64,000 nt of DNA from the NCBI RefSeq assembly GCF_963921235.1, contig NC_086108.1, forward strand, positions 48,238,001-48,302,000, given 5' to 3'. The notes under the pieces are model-generated. The model was not told where the DNA came from. It did no database searches and saw only the letters and a list, made by a program, of their open reading frames with translations. The translations under genes and the position numbers were made by a program. Of this stretch, positions 1-8,756 are shown piece after piece; position 1 is the stretch's first letter, and the number at the start of each line of letters is the position of its first letter. This stretch comes from Mobula hypostoma (taxonomy: Eukaryota).

Positions 1-2
1 GC

Positions 3-38
3 AGTCGACGTTTCAGGCCGAGACCCTTCGTCAGGACT
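3..38 (-). ncRNA. Minimal type-I hammerhead ribozyme motif (intact core) in PLE 3' UTR
   Basis: Minus strand reads AGTC-CTGACGA-AGG GTCTCGG CCT-GAAA-CG-TC-GACT: stem I AGTC/GACT, CUGANGA and GAAA boxes, stem II AGG/CCT, minimal palindromic stem III (ACGT), UC cleavage site. Confidence 0.8.
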
Positions 39-331
39 AACTGAAGGAAGAGTGAGTAAGGGATTTGAAAGCTGGAGGGGGAGGGGGAGATGCAAAATGA
101 TAGGAGAAGACAGGAGGGGGAGGGATAGAGCCGAGAGCTGGACAGGTGATAGGCAAAAGGGGATACGAGAGGATCATGGGACAGGAGGCCTAGGGAGAAA
201 GGCGGGGGGGGGGTGACCCAGAGGATGGGCAAGAGGTATATTCAGAGGGACAGAGGGAGAAAAAGGAGAGTGAGAGAAAGAATGTGTGCATAAAAATGAG
301 TAACAGCTGGGGTACGAGGGGGAGGTGGGGC

Positions 332-3076
332 CTAGCGGAAGTTAGAAAAGTCAATGTTCATGCCATCAGGTTGGAGGCTACCCAGACGGAATATAAGGTG
401 TTGTTCCTCCAACCTGAGTGTGGCTTCATCTTTACAGTAGAGGAGGCCGTGGATAGACATGTCAGAATGGGAATGGGATGTGGAATTAAAATGTGTGGCC
501 ACTGGGAGATCCTGCTTTCTCTGGCGGACAGAGCGTAGATGTTCAGCAAAGCGGTCTCCCAGTCTGCGTCGGGTCTCACCAATATATAAAAGGCCACATC
601 GGGAGCACCAGACGCAGTAAATCACCCCAGTCGACTCACAGGTGAAGTGATGCCTCACCTGGAAGGACTGTTTGGGGCCCTGAATGGTGGTAAGGGAGGA
701 AGTGTAAGGGCATGTGTAGCACTTGTTCCGCTTACACGGATAAGTGCCAGGAGGGAGATCAGTGGGGAGGGATGGGGGGGACGAATGGACAAGGGAGTTG
801 TGTAGGGAGCGATCCCTGCGGAATGCAGAGAGAAGGGGGGAGGGAAAGATGTGCTTAGTGGTGGGATCCCGTTGGAGGTGGCGGAAGTTACGGAGAATAA
901 TATGTTGGACCCGGAGGCTGGTGGGGTGGTAGGTGAGGACCAGGGGAACCCTATTCCTAGTGGGGTGGTGGGAGGATGGAGTGAGAGCAGATGTACGTGA
1001 AATGGAGGAGATGCGTTTAAGAGCAGAGTTGATAGTGGAGGAAGGGAAGCCCCTTTCTTTAAAAAATGAAGACATCTCCCTCATCCTAGAATGAAAAGCC
1101 TCATCCTGAGAGCAGATGCGGCGGAGACGGAGGAATTGCGAGAAGGGGATGGCGTTTTTGCAAGAGACAGGGTGAGAAGAGGAATAGTCCAGATAGCTGT
1201 GAGAGTCAGTAGGCTTATAGTAGATATCAGTGGATAAGCTGTCTCCAGAGACAGAGACAGAAAGATCTAGAAAGGGGAGGGAGGTGTCGGAAATAGACCA
1301 GGTAAACTTGAGGGCAGGGTGAAAGTTGGAGGCAAAGTTAATAAAGTCAACGAGTTCTGCATGCGTGCAGGAAGCAGCGCCAATGCAGTCGTCGATATAG
1401 CGAAGGAAAAGTGGGGGACAGATACCAGAATAGGCACGGAACATAGATTGTTCCACAAACCCAACAAAAAGGCAGGCATAGCTAGGACCCATTCGGGTGC
1501 CCATAGCTACACCTTTAGTTTGGAGGAAATGGGAGGAGCAAAAGGAGAAATTATTAAGAGTAAGGACTAATTCCGCTAGACGGAGCAGAGTGGTGGTAGA
1601 GGGGAACTGATTAGGTCTGGAATCCAAAAAGAAGCGTAGAGCTTTGAGACCTTCCTGATGGGGGATAGAAGTATATAAGGACTGGACGTCCATGGTGAAA
1701 ATAAAGCGGTGGGGGCCAGGGAACTTAAAATCATCGAAAAGTTTAAGAGCGTGAGAAGTGTCACGAACATAGGTCGGAAGGGATTGAACAAGGGGTGATA
1801 AAACAGTGTCGAGGTATGCAGAAACGAGTTCGGTGGGGCAGGAGCAAGCTGAGACAATAGGTCGGCCAGGACAGGCAGGTTTGTGGATCTTGGGTAGGAG
1901 GTAGAAACGGGAAGTGCGGGGTGTGGGAACTATAAGGTTGGTAGCAGTGGATGGGAGATCCCCTGAGCGGATAAAGTCGTTGATAGTGTGGGAGACAATG
2001 GCCTGGTGCTCCTTGGTGGGGTCACGATCGAGGGGTAAATAAGAGGAGGTATCCGCGAGTTGTCGCTGTGCCTCGGCAAGGTAGAGGTCAGTACGCCAGA
2101 CTACAACAGCACCCCCTTTATCAGCGGGTTTAATAATAAGGTTAGGATTAGTGCGGAAGGAGTGGAGAGCAGAGCGTTCCGAAGGAGTGAGGTTGGAATG
2201 GGGACAAGGTGCGGTGAAGTCGAGACGGTTGATGTCCCGTCGGCAGCTGGCAATAAAGAGATCCAGAGCAGGCAGAAGACCAGAGCGGAGTGTCCATGAA
2301 GAAGAGGAGGGTTGAAGACGGGAGAAGGGGTCATCGGTGGGGGTGGAAGAGTCCTTGCCGAAGAAGTAGGCTCGGAGACGGAGACGGCGGAAGAAAAGTT
2401 CCGCATCGTGGCGAACACGGAACTCGCTGAGGTGTGGGCGAAGGGGGACAAACGTGAGGCCCTTACTGAGGACAGAGCGTTCTGCCTCCGACAGTTGAAG
2501 GTCGGAGGGGATGGTAAAGACCCGGCACGGATGAGAGCTGGGATCAGAGGGGGGAGGGGGGAGGCTGGGGGTGTCAATGGAGAGGGGAGGGTTGGGGTGA
2601 GAGGAAGATGGAGCCTCTGAGGGCCCAGGAGTTGACGGTGGGATCTGAGGAAGACGGGGTTGCAGAGTGGTGGTGGGGGAAGGGGAGACGGGAGTCACAA
2701 CAGCAGCACATAAAGACCCGGCCTGGAGTTCAAGGCTGGAGTCGCAGTTGGTGGTTGCGTAATCACTTCGAATGTGTCCATGGTCGTTGCTGGAGTCCAG
2801 GTTTTGAATATGTCCTGAGGTGTTGGAGCCGCCGAGATCAATGGTAGGTGCCGCAATTGAAAGTTCATGCCTGCTAGCGTCGGGGCCGGCAGGCTCTGGA
2901 GTCCGTAGATGTAAGATCTTGCGATCTTTGCCTAACATGACAAAGTCAAAAAAACGGCGATTGCAGGCGTGGATCCGACGGAGGATGAAATACTGGGTAG
3001 GACCATTACAGAAGGCGAAGAAAGTGTCCCGAAGGTGTGGAAGGGTCTGGGATAGGGACACCAAGTACCTCCTCAT
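332..3076 (-). CDS. PLE polyprotein: reverse transcriptase + Cys-rich linker + GIY-YIG endonuclease
   Basis: Motifs KPADKGG, YLLPKIHK, GRPIVS, DVQSLYTSIP, QTKGVAMGT, RYIDD, FLD, CKRNKCYTC, VIYC..CSRC..YIGET..R..EH. The frame stays open upstream to 3223 (LRRQLTPVGFRIRF...), so the true N-terminus is truncated at the junction. Confidence 0.95.
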   Translation of the reverse strand: MRRYLVSLSQTLPHLRDTFFAFCNGPTQYFILRRIHACNRRFFDFVMLGKDRKILHLRTPEPAGPDASRHELSIAAPTIDLGGSNTSGHIQNLDSSNDHGHIRSDYATTNCDSSLELQAGSLCAAVVTPVSPSPTTTLQPRLPQIPPSTPGPSEAPSSSHPNPPLSIDTPSLPPPPSDPSSHPCRVFTIPSDLQLSEAERSVLSKGLTFVPLRPHLSEFRVRHDAELFFRRLRLRAYFFGKDSSTPTDDPFSRLQPSSSSWTLRSGLLPALDLFIASCRRDINRLDFTAPCPHSNLTPSERSALHSFRTNPNLIIKPADKGGAVVVWRTDLYLAEAQRQLADTSSYLPLDRDPTKEHQAIVSHTINDFIRSGDLPSTATNLIVPTPRTSRFYLLPKIHKPACPGRPIVSACSCPTELVSAYLDTVLSPLVQSLPTYVRDTSHALKLFDDFKFPGPHRFIFTMDVQSLYTSIPHQEGLKALRFFLDSRPNQFPSTTTLLRLAELVLTLNNFSFCSSHFLQTKGVAMGTRMGPSYACLFVGFVEQSMFRAYSGICPPLFLRYIDDCIGAASCTHAELVDFINFASNFHPALKFTWSISDTSLPFLDLSVSVSGDSLSTDIYYKPTDSHSYLDYSSSHPVSCKNAIPFSQFLRLRRICSQDEAFHSRMREMSSFFKERGFPSSTINSALKRISSISRTSALTPSSHHPTRNRVPLVLTYHPTSLRVQHIILRNFRHLQRDPTTKHIFPSPLLSAFRRDRSLHNSLVHSSPPSLPTDLPPGTYPCKRNKCYTCPYTSSLTTIQGPKQSFQVRHHFTCESTGVIYCVWCSRCGLLYIGETRRRLGDRFAEHLRSVRQRKQDLPVATHFNSTSHSHSDMSIHGLLYCKDEATLRLEEQHLIFRLGSLQPDGMNIDFSNFR

Positions 3077-3233
3077 GGCGGAGAGCGTCGCCTTCAGAGC
3101 TTGACGGGAGAAGCGGCGAGAGGCAGAGTCAATAAAATGTGAGTACCTGGGATCCTCAGAAGGTCCAAATTGAGAGGCTTGGAAACGAATCCTAAAGCCA
3201 ACTGGAGTAAGTTGGCGACGGAGGCGCCTACCA

Positions 3234-5726
3234 TTGATCTCGGCGGCTCCAACACCTCAGGACATATTCAACGACCATGGACACATTCGAAGTGATTACG
3301 CAACCACCAACTGCGACTCCAGCCTTGAACTCCAGGCCGGGTCTTTATGTGCTGCTGTTGTGACTCCCGTCTCCCCTTCCCCCACCACCACTCTGCAACC
3401 CCGTCTTCCTCAGATCCCACCGTCAACTCCTGGGCCCTCAGAGGCTCCATCTTCCTCTCACCCCAACCCTCCCCTCTCCATTGACACCCCCAGCCTCCCC
3501 CCTCCCCCCTCTGATCCCAGCTCTCATCCGTGCCGGGTCTTTACCATCCCCTCCGACCTTCAACTGTCGGAGGCAGAACGCTCTGTCCTCAGTAAGGGCC
3601 TCACGTTTGTCCCCCTTCGCCCACACCTCAGCGAGTTCCGTGTTCGCCACGATGCGGAACTTTTCTTCCGCCGTCTCCGTCTCCGAGCCTACTTCTTCGG
3701 CAAGGACTCTTCCACCCCCACCGATGACCCCTTCTCCCGTCTTCAACCCTCCTCTTCTTCATGGACACTCCGCTCTGGTCTTCTGCCTGCTCTGGATCTC
3801 TTTATTGCCAGCTGCCGACGGGACATCAACCGTCTCGACTTCACCGCACCTTGTCCCCATTCCAACCTCACTCCTTCGGAACGCTCTGCTCTCCACTCCT
3901 TCCGCACTAATCCTAACCTTATTATTAAACCCGCTGATAAAGGGGGTGCTGTTGTAGTCTGGCGTACTGACCTCTACCTTGCCGAGGCACAGCGACAACT
4001 CGCGGATACCTCCTCTTATTTACCCCTCGATCGTGACCCCACCAAGGAGCACCAGGCCATTGTCTCCCACACTATCAACGACTTTATCCGCTCAGGGGAT
4101 CTCCCATCCACTGCTACCAACCTTATAGTTCCCACACCCCGCACTTCCCGTTTCTACCTCCTACCCAAGATCCACAAACCTGCCTGTCCTGGCCGACCTA
4201 TTGTCTCAGCTTGCTCCTGCCCCACCGAACTCGTTTCTGCATACCTCGACACTGTTTTATCACCCCTTGTTCAATCCCTTCCGACCTATGTTCGTGACAC
4301 TTCTCACGCTTTTAAACTTTTCAATGATTTTAAGTTCCCTGGCCCCCACTGCTTTATTTTCACCATGGATGTCCAGTCCTTATATACTTCCATCCCCCAT
4401 CAGGAAGGTCTCAAAGCTCTACGCTTCCTTTTGGATTCCAGACCTAATCAGTTCCCCTCTACCACCACTCTGCTCCGTCTAGCGGAATTAGTCCTTACTC
4501 TTAATAATTTCTCCTTTTGCTCCTCCCATTTCTTCCAAACTAAAGGTGTAGCCATGGGCACCCGAATGGGTCCTAGCTATGCCTGCCTTTTTGTTGGGTT
4601 TGTGGAACAATCTATGTTCCGTGCCTATTCTGGTATCTGTCCCCCACTTTTCCTTCGCTATATCGACGACTGCATTGGCGCTGCTTCCTGCATGCATGCA
4701 GAACTCGTTGACTTTATTAACTTTGCCTCCAACTTTCACCCTGCCCTCAAGTTTACCTGGTCTATTTCCGACACCTCCCTCCCCTTTCTAGATCTTTCTG
4801 TCTCTGTCTCTGGAGACAGCTTATCCACTGATATCTACTATAAGCCTACTGACTCTCACAGCTATCTGGACTATTCCTCTTCTCACCCTGTCCCTTGCAA
4901 AAACGCCATCCCCTTCTCGCAATTCCTCCGTCTCCGCCGCATCTGCTCTCAGGATGAGGCTTTTCATTCTAGGACGAGGGAGATGTCTTCATTTTTTAAA
5001 GAAAGGGGCTTCCCTTCCTCCACTATCAACTCTGCTCTTAAACGCATCTCCTCCATTTCACGTACATCTGCTCTCACTCCATCCTCCCACCACCCCACTA
5101 GGAATAGGGTTCCCCTGGTCCTCACCTACCACCCCACCAGCCTCCGGGTCCAACATATTATTCTCCGTAACTTCCGCCACCTCCAACGGGATCCCACCAC
5201 TAAGCACATCTTTCCCTCCCCCCTTCTCTCTGCATTCCGCAGGGATCGCTCCCTACACAACTCCCTTGTCCATTCGTCCCCCCCATCCCTCCCCACTGAT
5301 CTCCCTCCTGGCACTTATCCGTGTAAGCGGAACAAGTGCTACACATGCCCTTACACTTCCTCCCTTACCACCATTCAGGGCCCCAAACAGTCCTTCCAGG
5401 TGAGGCATCACTTCACCTGTGAGTCGACTGGGGTGATATACTGCGTCCGGTGCTCCCGATGTGGCCTTTTATATATTGGTGAGACCCGACGCAGACTGGG
5501 AGACCGCTTTGCTGAACATCTACGCTCTGTCCGCCAGAGAAAGCAGGATCTCCCAGTGGCCACACATTTTAATTCCACATCCCATTCCCATTCTGACATG
5601 TCTATCCATGGCCTCCTCTACTGTAAAGATGAAGCCACACTCAGGTTGGAGGAACAACACCTTATATTCCGTCTTGGTAGCCTCCAACCTGATGGCATGA
5701 ACATTGACTTCTCTAACTTCCGCTAG
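3234..5726 (+). CDS. PLE polyprotein (RT + GIY-YIG), N-terminally truncated second copy
   Basis: Same motifs as 332..3076, with 9 amino-acid differences, all in the C-terminal part. The first ~11 residues are out of frame because of the 17-bp deletion, and the TTG start is probably not real. Confidence 0.9.
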   Translation: MISAAPTPQDIFNDHGHIRSDYATTNCDSSLELQAGSLCAAVVTPVSPSPTTTLQPRLPQIPPSTPGPSEAPSSSHPNPPLSIDTPSLPPPPSDPSSHPCRVFTIPSDLQLSEAERSVLSKGLTFVPLRPHLSEFRVRHDAELFFRRLRLRAYFFGKDSSTPTDDPFSRLQPSSSSWTLRSGLLPALDLFIASCRRDINRLDFTAPCPHSNLTPSERSALHSFRTNPNLIIKPADKGGAVVVWRTDLYLAEAQRQLADTSSYLPLDRDPTKEHQAIVSHTINDFIRSGDLPSTATNLIVPTPRTSRFYLLPKIHKPACPGRPIVSACSCPTELVSAYLDTVLSPLVQSLPTYVRDTSHAFKLFNDFKFPGPHCFIFTMDVQSLYTSIPHQEGLKALRFLLDSRPNQFPSTTTLLRLAELVLTLNNFSFCSSHFFQTKGVAMGTRMGPSYACLFVGFVEQSMFRAYSGICPPLFLRYIDDCIGAASCMHAELVDFINFASNFHPALKFTWSISDTSLPFLDLSVSVSGDSLSTDIYYKPTDSHSYLDYSSSHPVPCKNAIPFSQFLRLRRICSQDEAFHSRTREMSSFFKERGFPSSTINSALKRISSISRTSALTPSSHHPTRNRVPLVLTYHPTSLRVQHIILRNFRHLQRDPTTKHIFPSPLLSAFRRDRSLHNSLVHSSPPSLPTDLPPGTYPCKRNKCYTCPYTSSLTTIQGPKQSFQVRHHFTCESTGVIYCVRCSRCGLLYIGETRRRLGDRFAEHLRSVRQRKQDLPVATHFNSTSHSHSDMSIHGLLYCKDEATLRLEEQHLIFRLGSLQPDGMNIDFSNFR

Positions 5727-6020
5727 GCCCCACCTCCCCCTCGTACCCCAGCTGTTACTCATTTTTATGCACACATTCTTTCTCTCACTCTCCTTTTTCT
5801 CCCTCTGTCCCTCTGAATATACCTCTTGCCCATCCTCTGGGTCACCCTCCCCCCCGTCTTTCTCCCTAGGCCTCCTGTCCCATGATCCTCTCGTATCCCC
5901 TTTTGCCTATCACCTGTCCAGCTCTCGGCTCTATCCCTCCCCCTCCTGTCTTCTCCTATCATTTTGCATCTCCCCCTCCCCCTCCAGCTTTCAAATCCCT
6001 TACTCACTCTTCCTTCAGTT

Positions 6021-6056
6021 AGTCCTGACAAAGGGTCTCGGCCTGAAACGTCGACT
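6021..6056 (+). ncRNA. Hammerhead ribozyme motif, right-arm copy with G8>A core mutation
   Basis: AGTC-CTGACAA-AGGGTCTCGGCCT-GAAA-CGTC-GACT; differs from the left copy only at 6030 (CpG transition). Confidence 0.7.
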
Positions 6057-7100
6057 GCACCTCTTCCTACAGATGCTGCTTGGCCTGCTGCGTTCACCAG
6101 CAACTTTGATGTATGTTGCTTGATCCTCATGTCTAAACCTCTTTGTTCAATAATAAAACAGGACCCCTAAGTTCCTGGCAATCTGAGGAATCAGCAGTTT
6201 TGTTTTGAATTTTTTTTTATTAGCATTCCTCCATTTAGATATTTGCCTAGAAGAAACCCATCCTCCATGGCAGGAAATCCCCATTCACTCTCGGATTAGC
6301 TTTATGACATTTACATGTGGCACAGAGCAGATATTCCAATTTCCTCTGCCAGTGGCCAAGAGCAGAACATATCTGAGGCTTTGAGCAACGGAAATCTTTC
6401 CCCTGCTTTTTAATACTTCTGCCAAGAGAATAGACTAGATCGTAGTTACATTCTGATCCATAATCAAGGATTATGATGAGATGATCACAATAAAGGTAAA
6501 GGCTACTGTTCGATATGCATCAGCTGTCCGAACAAATTTGGTATGAATGTTATCTAGATCACTCAATTACATTTTTGAAGGGGATTTTACTGTTTCATTC
6601 AGATGCAAAATAGACAGAATATCCTCTTTTTTTTCCAGCATTGATGTTATGTAAAAATTGGGCTGAAACTACTTTTGCTGGTAGTTTTGTAAAGAAGTGT
6701 CAGCATGCAACTCTTTTGCGATCTGCACTCTGTAGGCGATACCATGGTGTAGCGTGGATGTCTGAGACCAGCTGAAGGTGGGCATCATTGCATACGCACC
6801 CCGCTCTGCCACTGGACTGAACACTGAATATCTACACCAGTCGTGTTTCACTCTGGGGTTAAGTCAGTTTTGCTATTCCCTTAAAATGTTGGGGATGTGA
6901 AAGGGTTAATGCCAAGTGTTCGTTATCTAATTTACTTAATAATGCCACTTTCAATGAATTAATATCACTTAAATGTATTTATAAAAAATTTATTACTGAC
7001 TTTAAAAAAAACCTTTAAGCTTATTTTAATTCTTTCAAGCTGTTTTTAAATGTCTTAGAACATCAGTGACATTTAAAAACTATTCAATGGCTTTTCAGAA

Positions 7101-7742
7101 GTTCAAAGTAAATTTATTATCAAAGTACATGTATGTCACTATATATAACCCTGAGATTCATTTTCTTGCGGGCATACTCAGTAAGTCCGTAATGGAATAA
7201 TAACCATAATGGAATCAATGAAAGACCATTTGTCTTTTGTTCAACCAGTGTGAAAAAGACAACAAACTGCAAGTACAAATAGAAAGAAATAATAAATAAA
7301 TAAACAATAAATATTGAGAACATGAGATGAAGAGTCCTTGAAAATAAGTGCATAGGTTGTGGGAACATTTCAGTGATGGAGCAAGTGAAGTTATCCCCTT
7401 TGGTTCAAGAACCTGATGGTTGAGTGATAATAATTGTTCCTGAATCTGCTGGTGTGAGTCCGGAGGCTCCTGTACCTTCTTCCTGATGGTGTGAGTCCGG
7501 AGGCTCCTGTACCTTCTTCCTGATGGCATCAGTGAAAAGAGAGCGTGTCCTGCGTGGTGGGAGTTCTTGATGATAGATGCTGCTTTCCTGCACATCTATC
7601 AATGTTTCATATAGGTATGCTCAGGGGTGGGGAGAGCTTTACCTGTGATTGACTGAGCCGTATCCGCTACGTTTTGTAGGATTTTCTGTTCAAAGGCATT
7701 GGTGTTTCCATACCAGGTTGTGATGCAGCCAGTCAATATATT
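7101..7742 (-). mobile_element. Rex1/Babar-type LINE, 3' fragment
   Basis: ORF 7215..7595 reads CRKAASIIKNSHHAGHALFSLMPSGRRYRSLRTHT, a typical Rex C-terminus. 3' UTR is similar to 39700-40010. Confidence 0.8.
7450..7526. repeat. 37-bp perfect tandem duplication
   Basis: tggtgtgagtccggaggctcctgtaccttcttcctga occurs twice (7450-7486, 7487-7523), followed by tgg. Confidence 0.95.
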
Positions 7743-7847
7743 CTTGTGATATAGAAGGAGGCCTTTCTACCCATCCAAACAATGTTAGCTCAGAGTGAAC
7801 TCTCAAGGACGGTATTTTCCCCACAGGGTTAGCTGGAACCTCTTCCT

Positions 7848-8346
7848 TCCAGAGAAGGTTCACAAGAATGACTCCGGGGAAAAAAGGGGTTAACATATGA
7901 GGCGCATTTGATAGCTCTAGGCCTGTACTTTCTGGAGTTTATAGTTATGATGGGAGATCTCATTGAAACTTATCAAATATTGAATGGCCTGAATAGATTG
8001 GATCTGGGAAGGGTGTTTTCAATAAGAGTGAGTCTATGACTAAATGGCAAAGCCTCAGACGAGAGGGACATCCATTTAGAACAGAGATGGGGAGGAATTT
8101 CTTTAGCCAGAGGGTAGTGAATCTGTGGAATACATTACCACAGACTGCTGTGGAGGATAAATCACTGAGTATATTTAAAGCAGAGGTTGATAGGTTGTTG
8201 ATTAGCCAGGGCATCAAAGGTTACGGAGAGAAGGAGGAAGAATGGGATTGAGAGGGATAATAAATCAGCCATGATTGAATGGTAGAGCAGACTCGATGGT
8301 CTGAATGGCCTAATTCTGCTCCTATGTCTTACAGTCTCATGGTCTC
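7848..8346 (+). mobile_element. CR1-type LINE, 3' fragment
   Basis: GHPFRTEMGRNFFSQRVVNLWNTLP motif and the CR1 tail ...aatggcctaattctgctcctatgtctt. Confidence 0.85.
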
Positions 8347-8756
8347 ATTTGCCCACCTCTTACATTGTATTCTCCTACCACTCATCTACACTATGGATAA
8401 TTGACAGTAACCAATTAACCTATCAGCACTTCTTTGGGGGCGGGGGGGAAAGCTATCATAGCTGAGCCTGATTACACTCTATGTTTCTGAAGTTGCTTGG
8501 ATCCGCGAGGCTGTAAAAGATTTTTACAGCTGCAGGAAGTTAGTGCAAGACACAGGCCAGATCAGGCATAAACCAGCCTATAATATGGAAGTGGAAATTC
8601 TAATTAAGCAGTTCCAATAGGAAATGGTTATTGCTGTATATTAATTACATCGATTAAAGAAGGTACAACATATACCATCATCTTCCCACTTTAAAAGAAA
8701 CTGAATGAGTAAAAATACGCTGAAACCTACAAAGGGAAGTTTGGGAGTGGCTGTGT

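Larger units (their letters stand above)
1..3225 (-). mobile_element. Penelope-like retrotransposon (Neptune-type), left arm of head-to-head palindrome; 5'-truncated, 3' end runs off the window start
   Basis: Carries the RT+GIY-YIG ORF 332..3076. Reverse complement of 1..2852 matches 3223..6058. Pyrimidine-rich 3' UTR with hammerhead motif. Confidence 0.95.
3223..6123 (+). mobile_element. Penelope-like retrotransposon, right arm of palindrome; more 5'-truncated than the left arm
   Basis: ORF 3234..5726 is nearly identical to the left-arm protein. The 3' UTR (5727-~6123) ends ...gtatgttgcttga. There is a 17-bp deletion at ~3270 relative to the left arm. Confidence 0.95.

Noticed and set aside
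332..5726. Prokaryotic RT system (retron, group II intron, DGR) or telomerase
   Set aside because: The C-terminal GIY-YIG, the KPADKG/PKIHK motifs and the vertebrate intron context identify a Penelope-like element.
1..6058. Palindrome as a sequencing or assembly fold-back artefact
   Set aside because: The arms differ by CpG-type substitutions on both sides and by a 17-bp deletion, there is a unique spacer, and a TSD-flanked miniature exists at 36494. Not fully excluded without reads.
284..6170. Many short alternative-frame and antisense ORFs over the PLE
   Set aside because: They are shadows of the GC-rich main ORF, duplicated only because of the inverted repeat, and show no recognisable motifs.
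6250..6300. Possible HMCN1 exon (atg gca gga aat ccc = MAGNP)
   Set aside because: No Ig-like context in frame and no matching splice sites; the preceding exon is probably upstream of the window.
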